This document shows positions 1 to 12,960 of a stretch of 64,000 nt of DNA, piece by piece. Position 1 is the stretch's first letter; each line of letters opens with the position of its first letter. The notes beneath the pieces are model-generated. The model saw only the letters and a program-made list of their open reading frames with translations. It was not told where the DNA came from and did no database searches. The stretch lies in contig CM059432.1 of assembly GCA_030390025.1 (NCBI GenBank), positions 141,796,001-141,860,000 on the forward strand, given 5' to 3'. The position numbers and the translations under genes were made by a program. This DNA is from Squalus acanthias. Taxonomy: Eukaryota.

Positions 1-30
1 CAAGATAAATTTCAGTGCCAACAGGATATG
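1..30 (-). CDS. ANO10: ANO10 coding exon, 5' part only (runs off window)
   Basis: TTTTGCAG acceptor at 31-38, then HILLALKFIL, matching ANO10 HALLALKFIL. Confidence 0.9.
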
Positions 31-309
31 CTGCAAAACATAAAACAGAGAACATAAGATTATTATCCAACATCACAACATTATAATTAAGGGAAATACT
101 CAAAATTATTTTAAGTTTTACAAAAGAATGTACATATATTGCATACTACAACATATCCCATAATTTCCAACATGGAGGAAATACTTTATACATACAATAA
201 TTATTCCTCGAGATATATCTGGCCATCTAGAGGGTGGGACACCTACACCTGAGGCTTCAATACTCCCAACATGTACAGTTAACCACTTATATTTTCCTAA
301 CGTGACCCG

Positions 310-690
310 ATAGAGGTCTTTAAAATTATGTATGGGGTTTGGTAGGGTAGATGTAGAGAAGATTTTTCCACCTGTAAGGGAGTCCAAAACTAGGGGCCCA
401 TAAATATAAGATAGTCACTAATAAATCCAATAGGGAGTTCAGGAGAAACCTCTTCACCCAGAGAGTGGTGAGAATGTGGAACTCGCTACCACAGGGAGTA
501 GTTGAGGTGAATAGCATTGTTGCCTTTAAAGGGGAAGCTAGATAAATGCACAAGGGAAAAAGGAATAGAAGGGTATGTCGATGGGGTGAGATGAAGAAGG
601 GGTGGGAGGAGGCTGGCGTGGAACATGAACACCAGCATAGACCTGTGGGCCGAATGGCCTGTTTCAGTGCTGTAAATTCTATGTAAATGG
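310..690 (+). mobile_element. CR1 LINE 3' fragment
   Basis: Degenerate ...IEVFKIM...FRRNLFTQRVVRMWNSLPQ C-terminus plus CR1-type 3' UTR. Confidence 0.8.
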
Positions 691-909
691 GACCCTAAAC
701 TGTAAGAAACTTCCTTCTCTCCATGCTTTCATGTAGGGTATTTCTTGAACCAAATATCCCCAAATCTCAATACACTGGAGTTTACTCTGAAATTAAATCC
801 TTTACTACCCTCAGTAGATTTCTTCCGGGTACCTTTACAATTAAACACCAAAGTTTTACACAGAAATGCTGTCCATTCACATCAGGAACTTTCCAATAGC
901 ACATTCTAA

Positions 910-1766
910 GGCCGCGATTTTATCAATGGAGGTGGGTTGGGTGCAGGTCAGGTGGTTTCTGGCTTCCAGTCCCGCCCCCAACCACATCCAGCCCACAGAT
1001 GTGATTTTACGTTGATTGACCTTGTTAAGCCCGCCCTGCGGGCTTGGCGGCCAATTAAGAGGAAGCGGGTCAGATGACATCATTTGATGACGCGTCATCT
1101 GCCAGTTTCCTTGAAGGGACCACACAATTTTATTTTGACAGTTGATTTCTCAGTATTTGACAGCATTGAGGTGCTGCAAACACTGACAATCACTGCACAA
1201 AGGTGACCTCATGCACCCAGGCTCTCCAACGACTCCCTCCATAGGCTGGAATAGATGGCAGCTGCAGGTGAGGTGACAGAAGCGATCTCACTGGTGAGAG
1301 GGGTTCTCCCAATGAGGTGGCACTGGACATGGATTTCAAAACTTGTAACCTAAAGAAATGTGTAAATGTATTAAAAATGCATTTCCCAACATTTTCTTAC
1401 CCGAGTCTCCAGTGCAACATTGGATCCTTCACACCACTTCTGCAGCGGTCATCAATCCAGAAACATTACAGTAGACTCACAACACGCCACACTTACCTGG
1501 CGTGGTGTCCGGACATCGGGAAACCCGAGCCAGAAGCGGCAAAATTCAAAAATAGCCTGTCAACGACTAGCAACTACCTGTTAATAGGCCTTTAATCCTC
1601 TTCCCGCCGCTAGGTGTCGGGTCCATGCACAAATCGGGGACCCGACACTTGGGAAAATTGTTTGGAGACAGGTTGACTGTGGGATCGCAACCCGCCGTCA
1701 ATCAAAACGATTTTAACCTTTGACCCGCCTCCAAAACCCGCCCTGAGTGCCGGCAAAATCCAGCCC
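910..1766. mobile_element. Non-autonomous DNA transposon (PIF/Harbinger-like MITE)
   Basis: Imperfect TIRs GGCCGCGATTTT ... AAAATCCAGCCC; ends resemble the Harbinger element at 17474-19499. Confidence 0.55.
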
Positions 1767-1964
1767 AAAGTCTTTTCTCTAGACTGAAACAAGTAGCAGC
1801 CTTTGATTTATTATAAACCCCAGACCACAAGTCGATCAGGGTAAGCACCTGTAAAATGTATTCACAGTATCTTCACAATCCCCTCCACAACATTTCATCG
1901 AATATTACACCACATAGGCCAGCTAATTGCATCTATACTGGGTCTCTGAAAGAGCTACCTGGGC

Positions 1965-2345
1965 TGTGGGGCAATCTAATCAAGATCTTTTAAATGATAA
2001 AGGTATTCAATAAGGTAGATGTAGAGGAAATAGTTTCTCTAGTGGGGGGAGTACAGAACAAGGGGGCATAATCTTACAATTAGAGCTCGGACGTTCAGGC
2101 GTAAAAGTCAGGAAGCACTCCCCCCCCGCCCCCCCCCGGAAATCTGGAACTCTCCCCCCAAAAGGCTGTGGATGCTGGGGGTCAATTGAAATTTGCGAGA
2201 CAGAGATCGATAATTTTTTGTTGGGTAAGGGCATCAATGGATATGGAGAAAAGGCGGTAAATGGAGTTGAAGTACAGATCAGCCAATGATCTGATTGAAG
2301 GGCGGAATAAGGTCGAAGGGCTGAATGACTTCCTCCTATTCCACC
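1965..2345 (+). mobile_element. CR1 LINE 3' fragment
   Basis: Degenerate CR1 ORF2 C-terminus (WNSLP motif) and 3' UTR. Confidence 0.7.
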
Positions 2346-3315
2346 AAGTCCCTTCCCATTTCCTCAAGACGGTTTTAATTTTTATTTTACGAATATTTAT
2401 CCACTTCCCTTTTAACAGACTAATATCGATTCTGCTTTCACTGCTCCTCCCAGTAGGACATTCCGTGGCCTAAAAATGTATTAAAATAATTCTCCTAACC
2501 TATCGATCTTAAACTTATCCCATCTAGTAACTGACTGACTGATCAACGGAAATAGTTCCTAATCCCCCCGATTTACTTTATCAAACCCTCTCATAACTTT
2601 GAGCTCCATTAGATCTCCTCATATCTAAAGGCTCTCATAATCGGGAGGTTCTGTTTTCTCAGATCAGAAAGATCTTTTTCTGTGCTCGCTGAATAAACAG
2701 GGCCTTCACAATACCTTCAGCACCCTGCAGGATTCCAAAAGTATGCCAATTATTATGATAGATTGTGTTCTTTTAGCGAGGAGAACAGATCTATCAACAG
2801 TGCTAACTTTAATGATTCCTGACTACCATATTTACTTGCTGCAGGAATAAAAAAATCAGCAAAATTTTTTTTTTTTTTTAATAAAAAGGTCAGTCTTGTC
2901 ATTATTCATAAAGTTAGCATTTGTGTCTCCAAATTCCTATGACACATCAAAGGAGAAAAAAAAGGATGTAGAAATGTTGTTTATTTCCAGTGGTGCTCAA
3001 TTGCATTTGCTGAGGCACGAGTAGTCACTTTGACAGCTGCATGCGGGGCCTTTGCAATTTAATTTTTATTGCAATTGTATTTACATGGACTTGTTAGACT
3101 CAGGGTTCTAACCATTCAAGAGCTGAGCGAAGAACATTGCGCGAGTCCATTAGGGAACCAGGCTGCCCTTGCTGTTAGGTGCAGCCTGCAACTATGTGAC
3201 AAGTAATCATTATGCTCATGCTAAGACCAAAAGACTAAATCATGAAGATTCGCCCCGACGCTCGCTCCTATGAAATTGACGCAGGCGAATTAACCCCAGC
3301 AGCAAATGACCAATT

Positions 3316-3556
3316 CATCTGTTTCAGTGGATTTTGTTGAGGGATGAAAGCCAGGACACCAGGAGAACGCTTTCATTTCTTGAAGTGGTGTCATGGGATC
3401 TTTTATATTCACCTGAACAGGCAAAGGGGACGTCTCATCCGAAAGGCAGCACTTCCAACAGTGCAGCACGTCCGCAGGTCTGCAGTGAAGCTTCGGCCGA
3501 GATTGTGTGCTCAGGTACTGGAGTGAGGCTTGAACCCACGTTCTTCAGACTCAGAC
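3316..3556 (-). mobile_element. Deu-domain SINE fragment
   Basis: Reverse complement of GGAAGTGCTGCCTTTCGGATGAGACG...AAAAGATCCCATG...GTGTCCTGGC Deu core with tRNA-like B box. Confidence 0.7.
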
Positions 3557-3569
3557 AAGATGGAAAAGG

Positions 3570-3755
3570 ATATAGACAGACCCATGAAGCTAGATTAATA
3601 GGTAGACAGATGATAGACATAGATGGATCGATAGACAGATCAATAGATACTGATTGATATGGATAGCTAAATGGATCAACAGAGATAGATCTACATAGGT
3701 GGAAGAGACAAATACGCAGGTAGAGAGATAGAGGGACCACCAGGCAGGTAGACAG
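3570..3755. repeat. Degenerate (GATA/GACA)n low-complexity repeat
   Basis: Repeated ATAG/ACAG tetramers. Confidence 0.7.
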
Positions 3756-3764
3756 AGTGCCAAG

Positions 3765-3935
3765 CAATGTTTCCGCTAAGCTGCACGCGTGGTCACGCAG
3801 TCATCTGCAAGGTCCCGCGCAGGCCGCTAACCAGCTTTTACACTGTGAATACCGCGCATGCGCAGGAATTTAAAGGGACTGCACATTAAAAGAAACAGGC
3901 CGCGCAGAACAAAGTGCAGCTCACAGGGAGCACTG
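3765..3935. mobile_element. hAT-like MITE (empty relative of 22549-22740)
   Basis: Ends CAATGTTTCC ... GGGAGCACTG; flanks GTGCCAAG / GTGGCAGG (6/8 match, degenerate 8-bp TSD). Confidence 0.7.
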
Positions 3936-6469
3936 GTGGCAGGTAGGCAGGGAGATCAATCGAGGGGAAAAGTACTAATTGCATAATCTACCATTCTCAT
4001 CATTTATGGCAAGCAGAAAAGAGTTTTGATTACATGAAAACAGAGCGGGATTAAACGGACTGGACTTGAACAGAGTGCTTTGGTTGGGAATTTGGAAAGA
4101 GTGGGAATTCGGAGAAGAGGGGGAAGGAGTTGCTGCTTTTTGCCTACACTACTTGTAGTGCTGTGTGTTACAGGTAGATATTTAATTGCAGTACCCATAA
4201 CTTAAACTAGATCAAGTAACTAGTCAGGAAACTACACTGTAAACTAAGTTACCGAATTACAAATTTAATTAAATAAATCAAGGTCATATAGGGATTGCAG
4301 TGTAGGAGGTGTGCCGCAACTGCAGCACGTGGGAGTTTGTGGCGAGCATTGTGATCCCGGACAACCACGTTTGCAGTAAGTGCCTGCATCTTGAGGAACT
4401 TCTGCTCAAAGTTGTTGAGCTGGAGTCTGAGGTGCAGACATTGCGGGGCATCAGGGATGGCGACTTTGATCCAGGAGGCAGTCACACCCCTTAGGTTAGG
4501 TAGTGGTCTGGTTAGTGGTCAGGGACAGGAGGGTGTGACTGCAACTCAGGCAGGTAAGGGGACCCCAGGTGCAGTGCTGGAGGAGCCTCAGCCTTTGCCC
4601 TTGTCCAACAGGTATGAGGTTCTTGCTGCCTGTGTGGATGAGCAGGCTGACCATGGCACCATGGTGCAAGAGGCCATTCAAGTGGGGGGAGTGAAAGGGA
4701 ATGTAGTTGTGGTAGGGGACAGTATAGTCAGGGGGATAGATACTGTTCTCTGCAGCCGCGACCGAGAGTTCCGAAGGTTGTATTGCCAGGGTTAAAGACA
4801 TCTCCTCGCAGCTGGAGAAGAACTTGAGTGGGAGGGGGAGGATCCAGTTGTCGTGGTCCACGTAGGAACCAATGACATTGGAATGAGGTTCTGCTGAGGG
4901 AGTTTGAGGAGCGAGGATCCAAATTAAAAAGCAGAACCTCAAAAAGGTAATAATCTCTGGATTGTTACCTGAGCCACGCACAAATTGGCATAGGGACAAA
5001 CAGATTAGAGGTTTAAATGCTTGGCTCAAAGAGTGGTGTGGGAGGAAGGGGTTTCGGTTCATGGGGCACTGGCAGCAGTACTGGGGAAAGAGGGAGCTGT
5101 TCCGTTGGGACGGGCTCCACTTTAACCGGGCTGGGACCAGTGTCCTGGTGAACCGAATAACGGGCAGTAGACAGGGCTTTAAACTAATGAAGGGGGGGGC
5201 AGGAGGATTCAGGAAAGAGTAAATTTAAAAGCAGCGAGAGAAATGTCAAGGCTCTAGAGCAGAGTAGAATTTTGGGTAAAAATAAGCAGAGTGGGTCAGG
5301 AAGGGACAGAGAGAGTAACAAAGGTATAAGGCATCAGTGACTAAGGTGAAATCAGGGAAAAAGAGAAATAAGTCAAAGCTAAAGGCACTATATCTGAATG
5401 CGTTAAGCATTCGCAACAAAATAGATGAATTAATAGTGCAGATAGAAATTAACAGGTTTAATCTAATATCCGTAACAGAGATGTGGTTGCAAAATGGCCA
5501 AGGTTGGGAACTAAATATTCCAGGATACATAACTTTTAGAAGGGATAGGCAAAATGGAAAAGGAGGAGGGGTAGCCCTGATAATAAAGGATGGGATAAAG
5601 ACAGAAGAGAGGAAGGATCTTAGCTTCAAAAATCAAGAAGTAGAATCAGTTTGGGTGGAGTGAAGAAACAGCAAGGGGCAGAAAACATTGGTGGGAGTTG
5701 TTTATAGGTCCCCAAACAGTAGTTGTAATGTAGGGCAGAGTATAAATCAGGAAATTAGAGGCGCATGTAACAAGGGTAATACAGTAATCATGGGGGACTT
5801 TAATCTACATATAGACTGGGCAAACCAAATTTGCAGTAATAGTGTGGAGGACGAATTCATGGAATGTATGCAAGATAGTTTTCTAGATTAGTATGTTGAG
5901 GAACCAACTAGGGAACAGACTATTTTAGATTTAGTATTGTTCAACGAGAAAGGGTTAATTAATAACCTTGTAGTAATGGGGCCTTTAGGGAAGAGTGACC
6001 ATAATATGATAGAATTTTATATTAAGTTTGAAAGTGACTTCGTTAAATCTGAAACTAGGGTCTTAAATCTAAACAAAGCAAACTATGTAGGTATGAGGGG
6101 CGAGTTGGCTAAGGTAGATTGGGAAACTACATTAAAAGGTATGATGGTGGACGAGCAATGGCTAGCATTTAAAGAATTAATACATAATTTACAACAAATA
6201 TACATTCCTTTAAGGCACAAAAACCCCACAGGAAAAGTGATCCAACCGTGGCTAACAAGGGAAGTTAAAGATAGTATTAGATCAAAGGAAGAGGCTTATA
6301 ATGCTGCCAACAAGAGTAGTAAGCCTGAGGATTCGGAGGATTTTAGAATTCAGCAAAGGAGGACCAAGAAATTGATAAAGAAAGGGAAAATAGAACGAGA
6401 GTAGCGAGAGACATAAAAATAGACTGTAAAAACTTCTATAGGTATGTAAAAAGGAAAAGATCAGCGAAA

Positions 6470-6886
6470 TGGATGGGCTGGGTTTGTTTTCCTTGGAACA
6501 GAGGAGGCTGAGGGGAGACCTTATTGAGGTGTATAAAATTGAGGGGCCTAGAAAAAGTGGATACAAAAGACCTATTTCCTTTAGCAGAGGGGTCAAAAAC
6601 CAGGGGGCACAGGTTTAAAGTAATTGGTGGAAGGTTTAGAGGGGATTTGAGGGGAAATTTCTTCACCCAGAGAGTTGTGAGGGTCTGGAACTCACTGCCT
6701 GAAAGGGTGGTAGAGGCAGAAACCCTAAACACATTTAAAAAGTACTTGGATGTGCACTTGGGATGCTGTAACCTGCAGGGCTACGGATCTAGAGCTGGGA
6801 AGTGGGATTAGGCTGGATAGCTCTTTGTTGGCCGGCGCGGACACAATGGGCCGAAATGGCCTCCTTCCATGCTGTAACTTTCTATG
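6470..6886 (+). mobile_element. CR1 3' fragment nested in the CR1 above
   Basis: Interrupts ...KRSAK|VNVGPL; encodes GNFFTQRVVRVWNSLPERVVEAETLNTFKKYLD and has its own 3' tail. Confidence 0.85.
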
Positions 6887-7575
6887 GAAGTAAATGTGGG
6901 TCCCTTACAGGCTGAGACAGGAGAAATTATAATGGGGAATAATACTTTGTGTCTGTCTTCACGGAAGACGACGCAAAAAACCTCCTGGAAATAGTGGAGA
7001 ACCAAAGGTTTAGCAAGAATGAGAACCTGAAGGATATTAGTATTAGTAAAAAAGTAGTACTGGAGAAATTAATGGGATTGAAAGCCGATAAATCCCCTAG
7101 ACCTGATGGCCTACATCCTAGGGTTTTGAAAGAGTTGGCTAAAGAGATAGTGGATGCATTGGTTGTCATTTTCCAAAACTCCATAGATTTTGGAACGGTT
7201 CCCGCAGATTGGAAGGTAGCAAATGTAACCCCACTATTTAAGAAAGGATGGAGAGAGAAAACGGGGAACTACAGACCAGTTAGCCTGACATCAGTAGGAG
7301 GGAAAATGCTAGAATCTATTATTAAGGATATGGTAACAGGGCACTTAGAAAATAATAATAGGATTGGGGAGAGTCAACACGGATTTATGAAAGGGAAATC
7401 ATGTGACAAATCTGTTGGAGTTTTTTGAGGTTGTGACTAGCAGAATAGATAAGGGGGAAATCAGTGGATGTGGTGTATTTGGATTTTCAGAAGGCATTCG
7501 ATAAGGTGCCACACAAGAGGTTATTAAACAAAATTAGGGCTCATGGGATTGGGGGTAATATACTAGCATGGATTG

Positions 7576-9008
7576 CCCCGGTAGACCCATCGTTTCAGCC
7601 GGTTCTTGCCCCACGGAACTTATCTCTTCCTATCTCAACTCTATTTTTTCTCCCCTTGTCCAGTCTCTTCCCACCTACATCCGCGACTCTTCCGACGCCC
7701 TCCGCCACTTTAACAGTTTCCCGGCCCCAACCGCCTCCTTTTCACTATGGACGTACAATCCCTCTACACCTCCACCCCCCACCAGGATGGCCTGAGGGCG
7801 CTCCGCTTCTTCCTTGAACAGAGGCCCAACCAGTCCCCATCCACCACCACCCTCCTTCGCCAGGCTGAACTAGTTCTCACATTGAACAACTTCTCCTTTG
7901 ACTCCACTCATTTCCTCCAAATCAAAGGTGTTGCTATGGGTACCCGCATGGGTCCTAGCTATGCCTGCCTTTTCGTGGGATATGTGGAACACTCTTTGTT
8001 CCAGTCCTACTCGGGTCCCCTCCCTCACCTCTTTTTCCGGTACATTGATGACTGTATCGGTGCCATCTCCTGCTCTCGCCCTGAACTAGAAAATTTCATT
8101 CACTATGCTTCCAATTTCCACCCTTCCCTCACCCCCGACTCTTCCCTTCCTCGACTTCTCTGTCTCCATCTCTGGGGATAGGTTATTGACTGACATTCAC
8201 TACAAGCCCACTGACTCCCACAGCTACCTGGACTACACTTCCTCCCACCCCGCCTCCTGTAAGGACTCTATTCCATTCTCCCAGTTTCTCCGTCTCCGCC
8301 GCATCTGCTCTGACGACGCCACCTTCCATACCAGTGCTTCCGACATGTCTTCTTTTTTCTCAACCGAGGATTCCCCTCTACTGTGGTTTACACGGCCCTC
8401 AACCGTGTCCGTTCTATCGCCCGCACTTCTGCCCTCACCCCTGCCCCTCTCTCCCGGAACCACGATAGAGTTCCCCTTGTCCTCACCTTTCACCCCACCA
8501 GCCTCCACATTCAACGGATCATCCTCCGCCATTTCCGCCACCTCCACCACTAAACACATCTTCCCCTCACCTCCCCTTTCAGCATTCCGCAGGGACCGCT
8601 CCCTCCGCGACACCCTAGTCCACTCCTCTACCACCCCCAGCACCCCTTCCCCTTCGCCCGGCACTTTCCCGTGCAAGCGCAGGAGATGCTACACATGCCC
8701 TTATACCTCCCCCCTTCCCACTGTCCAGGGCCCCAAACACCCCTTCCAGGTGAAACAGCGATTTACGTGTACTTCCTGCAATTTAGTATACTGTATTCGC
8801 TGCTCACGATGTGGTCTCCTCTACACTGGGGAGACCAAACACAGATTGGGTGACCGCTTTGCGGAACACCTCCGTTCAGTCCGTAAGGGGGACCCCGAGC
8901 TCCCGGTGGCCTGTCACTTTAATTCTCCGCTCCACTCCCACTCTGACCTCACCCTCTTACCTTGTTCCACGGAAGCTCAGCGTAAGCGCGAGGAACAACA
9001 CCTCATCA
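7576..9008 (+). mobile_element. Penelope-like element fragment (RT + GIY-YIG)
   Basis: PGRPIVS, MDVQSLYTS, GVAMGTRMGPSYACLF, RYIDD, YKPTDSHSYL and LVYCIRC..CGLLYTGET motifs, frameshifted. Confidence 0.9.
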
Positions 9009-9701
9009 CCTGGAGTAGTGTATACAGTTTTGGTCTCCTTACCTAAGGAAGGATATACTTGCTAGAGGGAGTGCAACGAAGGTTCACCAGACTGGTTCCA
9101 GGGATGGGGATTGTCCTATGAGGACAGATTGAGTAGACTAGGCCTATATTCTCTGGAGTTTAGAAGAATGAGAGATGATCTCATTGAAACATACAAAATC
9201 CTTACAGGGCTCGACAGGGTCGATGCAGGGAGGATGTTTCCCTTGGCTGGGGTGTCTAGAACCAGGGATCACAGACAGAATAAGGGGTCGATCATTTAGG
9301 ACTGAGATGAGGAGAAATTTCTTCACTCAGAGGGTGGTGAATCTTTGGAATTCTCTACCCCAGAGGGCTGTGGAGGCTCAGTCGTTAAGTATATTCAAGA
9401 CAGAGATCAATACATTTTTGTGTATTAAGGGATTCAAGGGATATGGGGATAGTTCAGGAAAGTGGAGATGAGGTAGAAGATCAGCCATGATCTTATTGAA
9501 TGGCAGAGCAGGCTCGAAGGGCCAAATCGCCTACTCCTATTTCTTATGTTCTTATCAAAAATTGATCAATATTTATGGCCCACTAATGTATGCAAAATGG
9601 TATTCTCAAATCTACTCCAAAATGTATGCTTAATAAAAGTCTGTCAGGTTTTGACATGGAAAAAAAAGTTAGTTCATTAACTAGATGATCTTATAAAACA
9701 T

Positions 9702-10447
9702 TGGCTCAGATTTTCCTGACAAAATAACAGAGGCTAAGGGCGCTGTTATTTATGCGTAAATGGTACAGCAACTTCAGGCGAGAGGCAGATGCACGGTTAA
9801 ACTCAAGTATCCAAAAGTTGCTGTCAGAGTTGCCCTGTTAGCTTCGCAATCACAGCATTTCGCTGTCTGCCTCACCATTGAAATGCTTTGAATGGCGCAA
9901 AGTTGCTGTATTTGCGCAGTAGCCACGAGCTAAACTCGCCACAGAAAGTGAATTCTTGTCCATTCCACTCTAATTACCCTTTTAACGACGTGAGAAGTGT
10001 TTATTACTGCCAGTCAACCTCTCTGGCACTGAAAATTAACTATTACAAGTATGGAGTCTCATTCCTTCAGGTTTTAATTGTCATTGGAGATTTAAAAAAT
10101 GTAAAATTTTAAATTAAATGTTTTTTTTTTAAACTTTTCCTTTCTCTCTCTATCCTATCTTTCTTTCCCTTTCTTTATTTCTCTTTCTGTACCATGACAT
10201 TGAATTCACCCACTCTTAATTTCAATTCTCAGTCCTTGCGCGGTTTCTTAATCGGATTGGTTAGGAGATACCCTGTTGCTTGCCCTGTTCACTCAGGTCC
10301 CAGATACCCGGTTTCCCTCACTGCAACATTATCAGCTCGCACTTTTAGCAACTTGCCACGCAAAAAATGCAAAAACCTACATGTGCAAGGGCAAGTCTAA
10401 CTAACAGCAGACACCGTTGGATGCCCTGCCACAGCAAACTTTGGCCC
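9702..10447. mobile_element. Non-autonomous TIR element (Harbinger-like MITE)
   Basis: Ends GGCTCAGATTTTCC ... GCAAACTTTGGCCC; internal blocks (CAGCAACTTC, AAGTTGCTGTC, CTCTCTGGC...GGAGTCTCA) shared with 16912-19711. Confidence 0.65.
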
Positions 10448-10679
10448 AGTAATCTTTTATTGTTGTGATCTCACTACACCCTCTGCTGGAGTTAACATGC
10501 TACTGAGTAAACAATAACAAAAATTATTACAGCTGGGGGGCAGGGGATTGATTGCATCTGACTAAATTGTGTTTTTTTTTAAACCTACTACTATATCAGA
10601 TCGTGGTGGGGGTCCCAGTATGCTTAATGGTACTAAAGTCTCGACCCACTACAGTTTCAGGCCTATTTAACCTTCAGAC

Positions 10680-10952
10680 CTTGGGCTTCAGGACGTCCCA
10701 AAGCGCTTTACAGCCAATGAAGTACTTTTGAAGTGTAGTCACTGTTGTAATGTAGGCAAGCGTGGCAGACAATTTGTGCACAGCAAGGTCCCACAAACAG
10801 TAAAAAGAGGTTAATGAACATATAATCTGTGTCAGTGGTGTTGGTTGAGGGATAACTATTGGCCAGAACACCGGAGCGAACTGCCCCATCTCTTTTTTTT
10901 TGGAATAGTGCCAAATGATCTTTTATGTCCACCTGTTTAATGTCTCATCTGA
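10680..10952 (-). mobile_element. Deu-domain SINE, 3' part
   Basis: CCCAAAGCGCTTTACAGCCAATGAAGTACTTTTGAAGTGTAGTCACTG tail shared by all SINE copies in the window. Confidence 0.8.
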
Positions 10953-11019
10953 GGTCGTGAACATTTTCGTTCGGCCTGAGACAGTGTCCAGGGAGGGGGG
11001 GATAAAGTCGGTTGTGAGG

Positions 11020-12960
11020 GAACAGGAGGAGGCCATTCAGCCCCTCGAGCCTGTTCCACCGTTCAATTAGATCATGGCTGATCTGTACTTCAACTCCATT
11101 TACCCGCCTTTGATACATATCCCTTGATACCCTTACCTAATAAAAAATCTATCGATCTCAGTCTCAAAAATTTAAATTGACCCCCAGCATCCACAGCCTT
11201 TTAGAGGAGAGTTTTCCAGATTTTCACTACCTTTTGTGTGGAAAAAGCACTTCCTGATTTTAGTCCTGAACAGCCTGGCTCTAGTTTTAAGATTATGCCC
11301 CCTTGTTCTGGATTTTCCCCACCAGAGAAACTAGCTTCTCTGTATCTAATCTATTGAATCCTGTTATTTTAAATACCTAAATGAGATCACTCTTAAACCT
11401 TCTAAAGGAATCATAACCCAAGTTTATGCAACCTGCCCTCATAATTTAACCCTTTAAGTCCTGGTATCATTCTGGTGAATTTGCACTGTACCCCCTCCAA
11501 GGTCAATATTACATAGCATTTACAGCCCAGAAATAGACCATTCAGCCCAACAGGTCCGTGCTGGGGTTTATGCTCCAAACCAGCCTCCTCCCACCCCTCT
11601 TCATCCAACTCTATCAGCATATCCCTCTATTCCTTTCTCCATCATGTGTTTATCTAGCTTCCCCTTAAATCCATCTCTGCTATTCGCCTCAACCACTCCC
11701 TGTGGCAGTGAGTTCCACATTCTCACCACTCTCTGGGTAAAGAAGTTTCTCCTGAATTCCCGATTGGATTTATTTATCTGACTATCTTATATTTATGGCC
11801 CCTAGTTCTGGTCTCCCCCGCAAGTGGAAACATCAATATCCTTCCTGAGGTGCAGTGTTCAGAAATGAACGTAGTACTTCAGATGCGGTCTCAACAGGGC
11901 TGTGTACAACTGAAGCAGAACTTCCGTCACTTTATATTCCAACCCCCTTAAGATAAAGGCCAACATTCCATTAGTCTTTTTCGATTACTTTTCATACCTG
12001 TGCACTAGCTTTTAGTGATTTGTGTACATGGACAGACACAAAATTATTTGTAAATCTCTTTGCTCCTCCACAGTTCTTAGTTTCTCACCATTAAGAAAAT
12101 ATTTTCCGATTTGTCCTTCTTGGATCCAAAGTGGATGACCTCTACATTGAACTTCATCTGCCACAAGTTTTGCAGACTCACTTAAGCTGTCTATGCCCCT
12201 TTGTAAACTTGCTGTTCCCATCTGCAAAACTTAGTGCTTCCTAATTTAGTGTCATCTGCAAACTTGGATATGCAACTCCCGATTCATCCATTGATATATA
12301 TGGTGAAAAGCAGAGGCCCCAGTACAGATCCACGGGGAACACCACTTGTCACATTTCGCCAATCAATCAGAGTACGTTGCCTTTATCCCGACTCTGTCTC
12401 CTACCTACCTACCAACCAACTACCAACCCATGTCATAAGGATACCTCTAATTCTATGCACTCTCACTTTTCCTAATAATCTCTTGTGTGGAACCTTATCA
12501 AATGCCTTCTGGAAGTCTATATAAACAACACCCTGTCCTGTTCACTTTGTTAGCGGCATCGTCAAAAAATTTAGATTAGTCAGACATGATCTACCTTACT
12601 CTCTGATCAGCTCATACTTGTCCAAGTGCTCAGTCACTCTGTCCTTGATGATAGATTCCAGTAACTTCCCCACAACGGACGTTAAACTGATAGGTCTGTA
12701 GTTTCCTGGTTTCTGCCTCCCTCCTGTCTCAAATAATGGAGTGACATTTGCAATTTTCCAATCCAAGCACAATTTCCAAATCTAGAGCGCTTTGGAAAAT
12801 TATGAATAGCGCATCTGCAATTTCCCCACCTGTTTCTTGTAATACCCTTGGGTGGCAACCATCAGGCCCTGGAAAGCTGTCTACATTAGGTCCCATTATT
12901 TTCTCCATTACCATTAAAAAAAAACTATATTAATTCCACTAAGTTTCTCCCCTTGACTTA
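11020..12960 (-). mobile_element. Degenerate CR1 LINE fragment with a second CR1 3' fragment nested at ~11510-11835
   Basis: Reverse-strand RT remnants ([46 protein letters not shown]). Confidence 0.8.

Larger units (their letters stand above)
4040..9555 (+). mobile_element. Near full-length degenerate CR1 LINE with nested insertions
   Basis: ORF1 remnants with CxxC...CxxC zinc finger, coiled coil and SGNH esterase motifs (GDSIVRG, HVGTND, DGLH). ORF2 APE endonuclease (YLNA.SI.NK, MGDFN, SDHNMI) and RT ([23 protein letters not shown]). 3' tail TTCTTATGTTCTTAT. Many stops and frameshifts. Confidence 0.88.
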
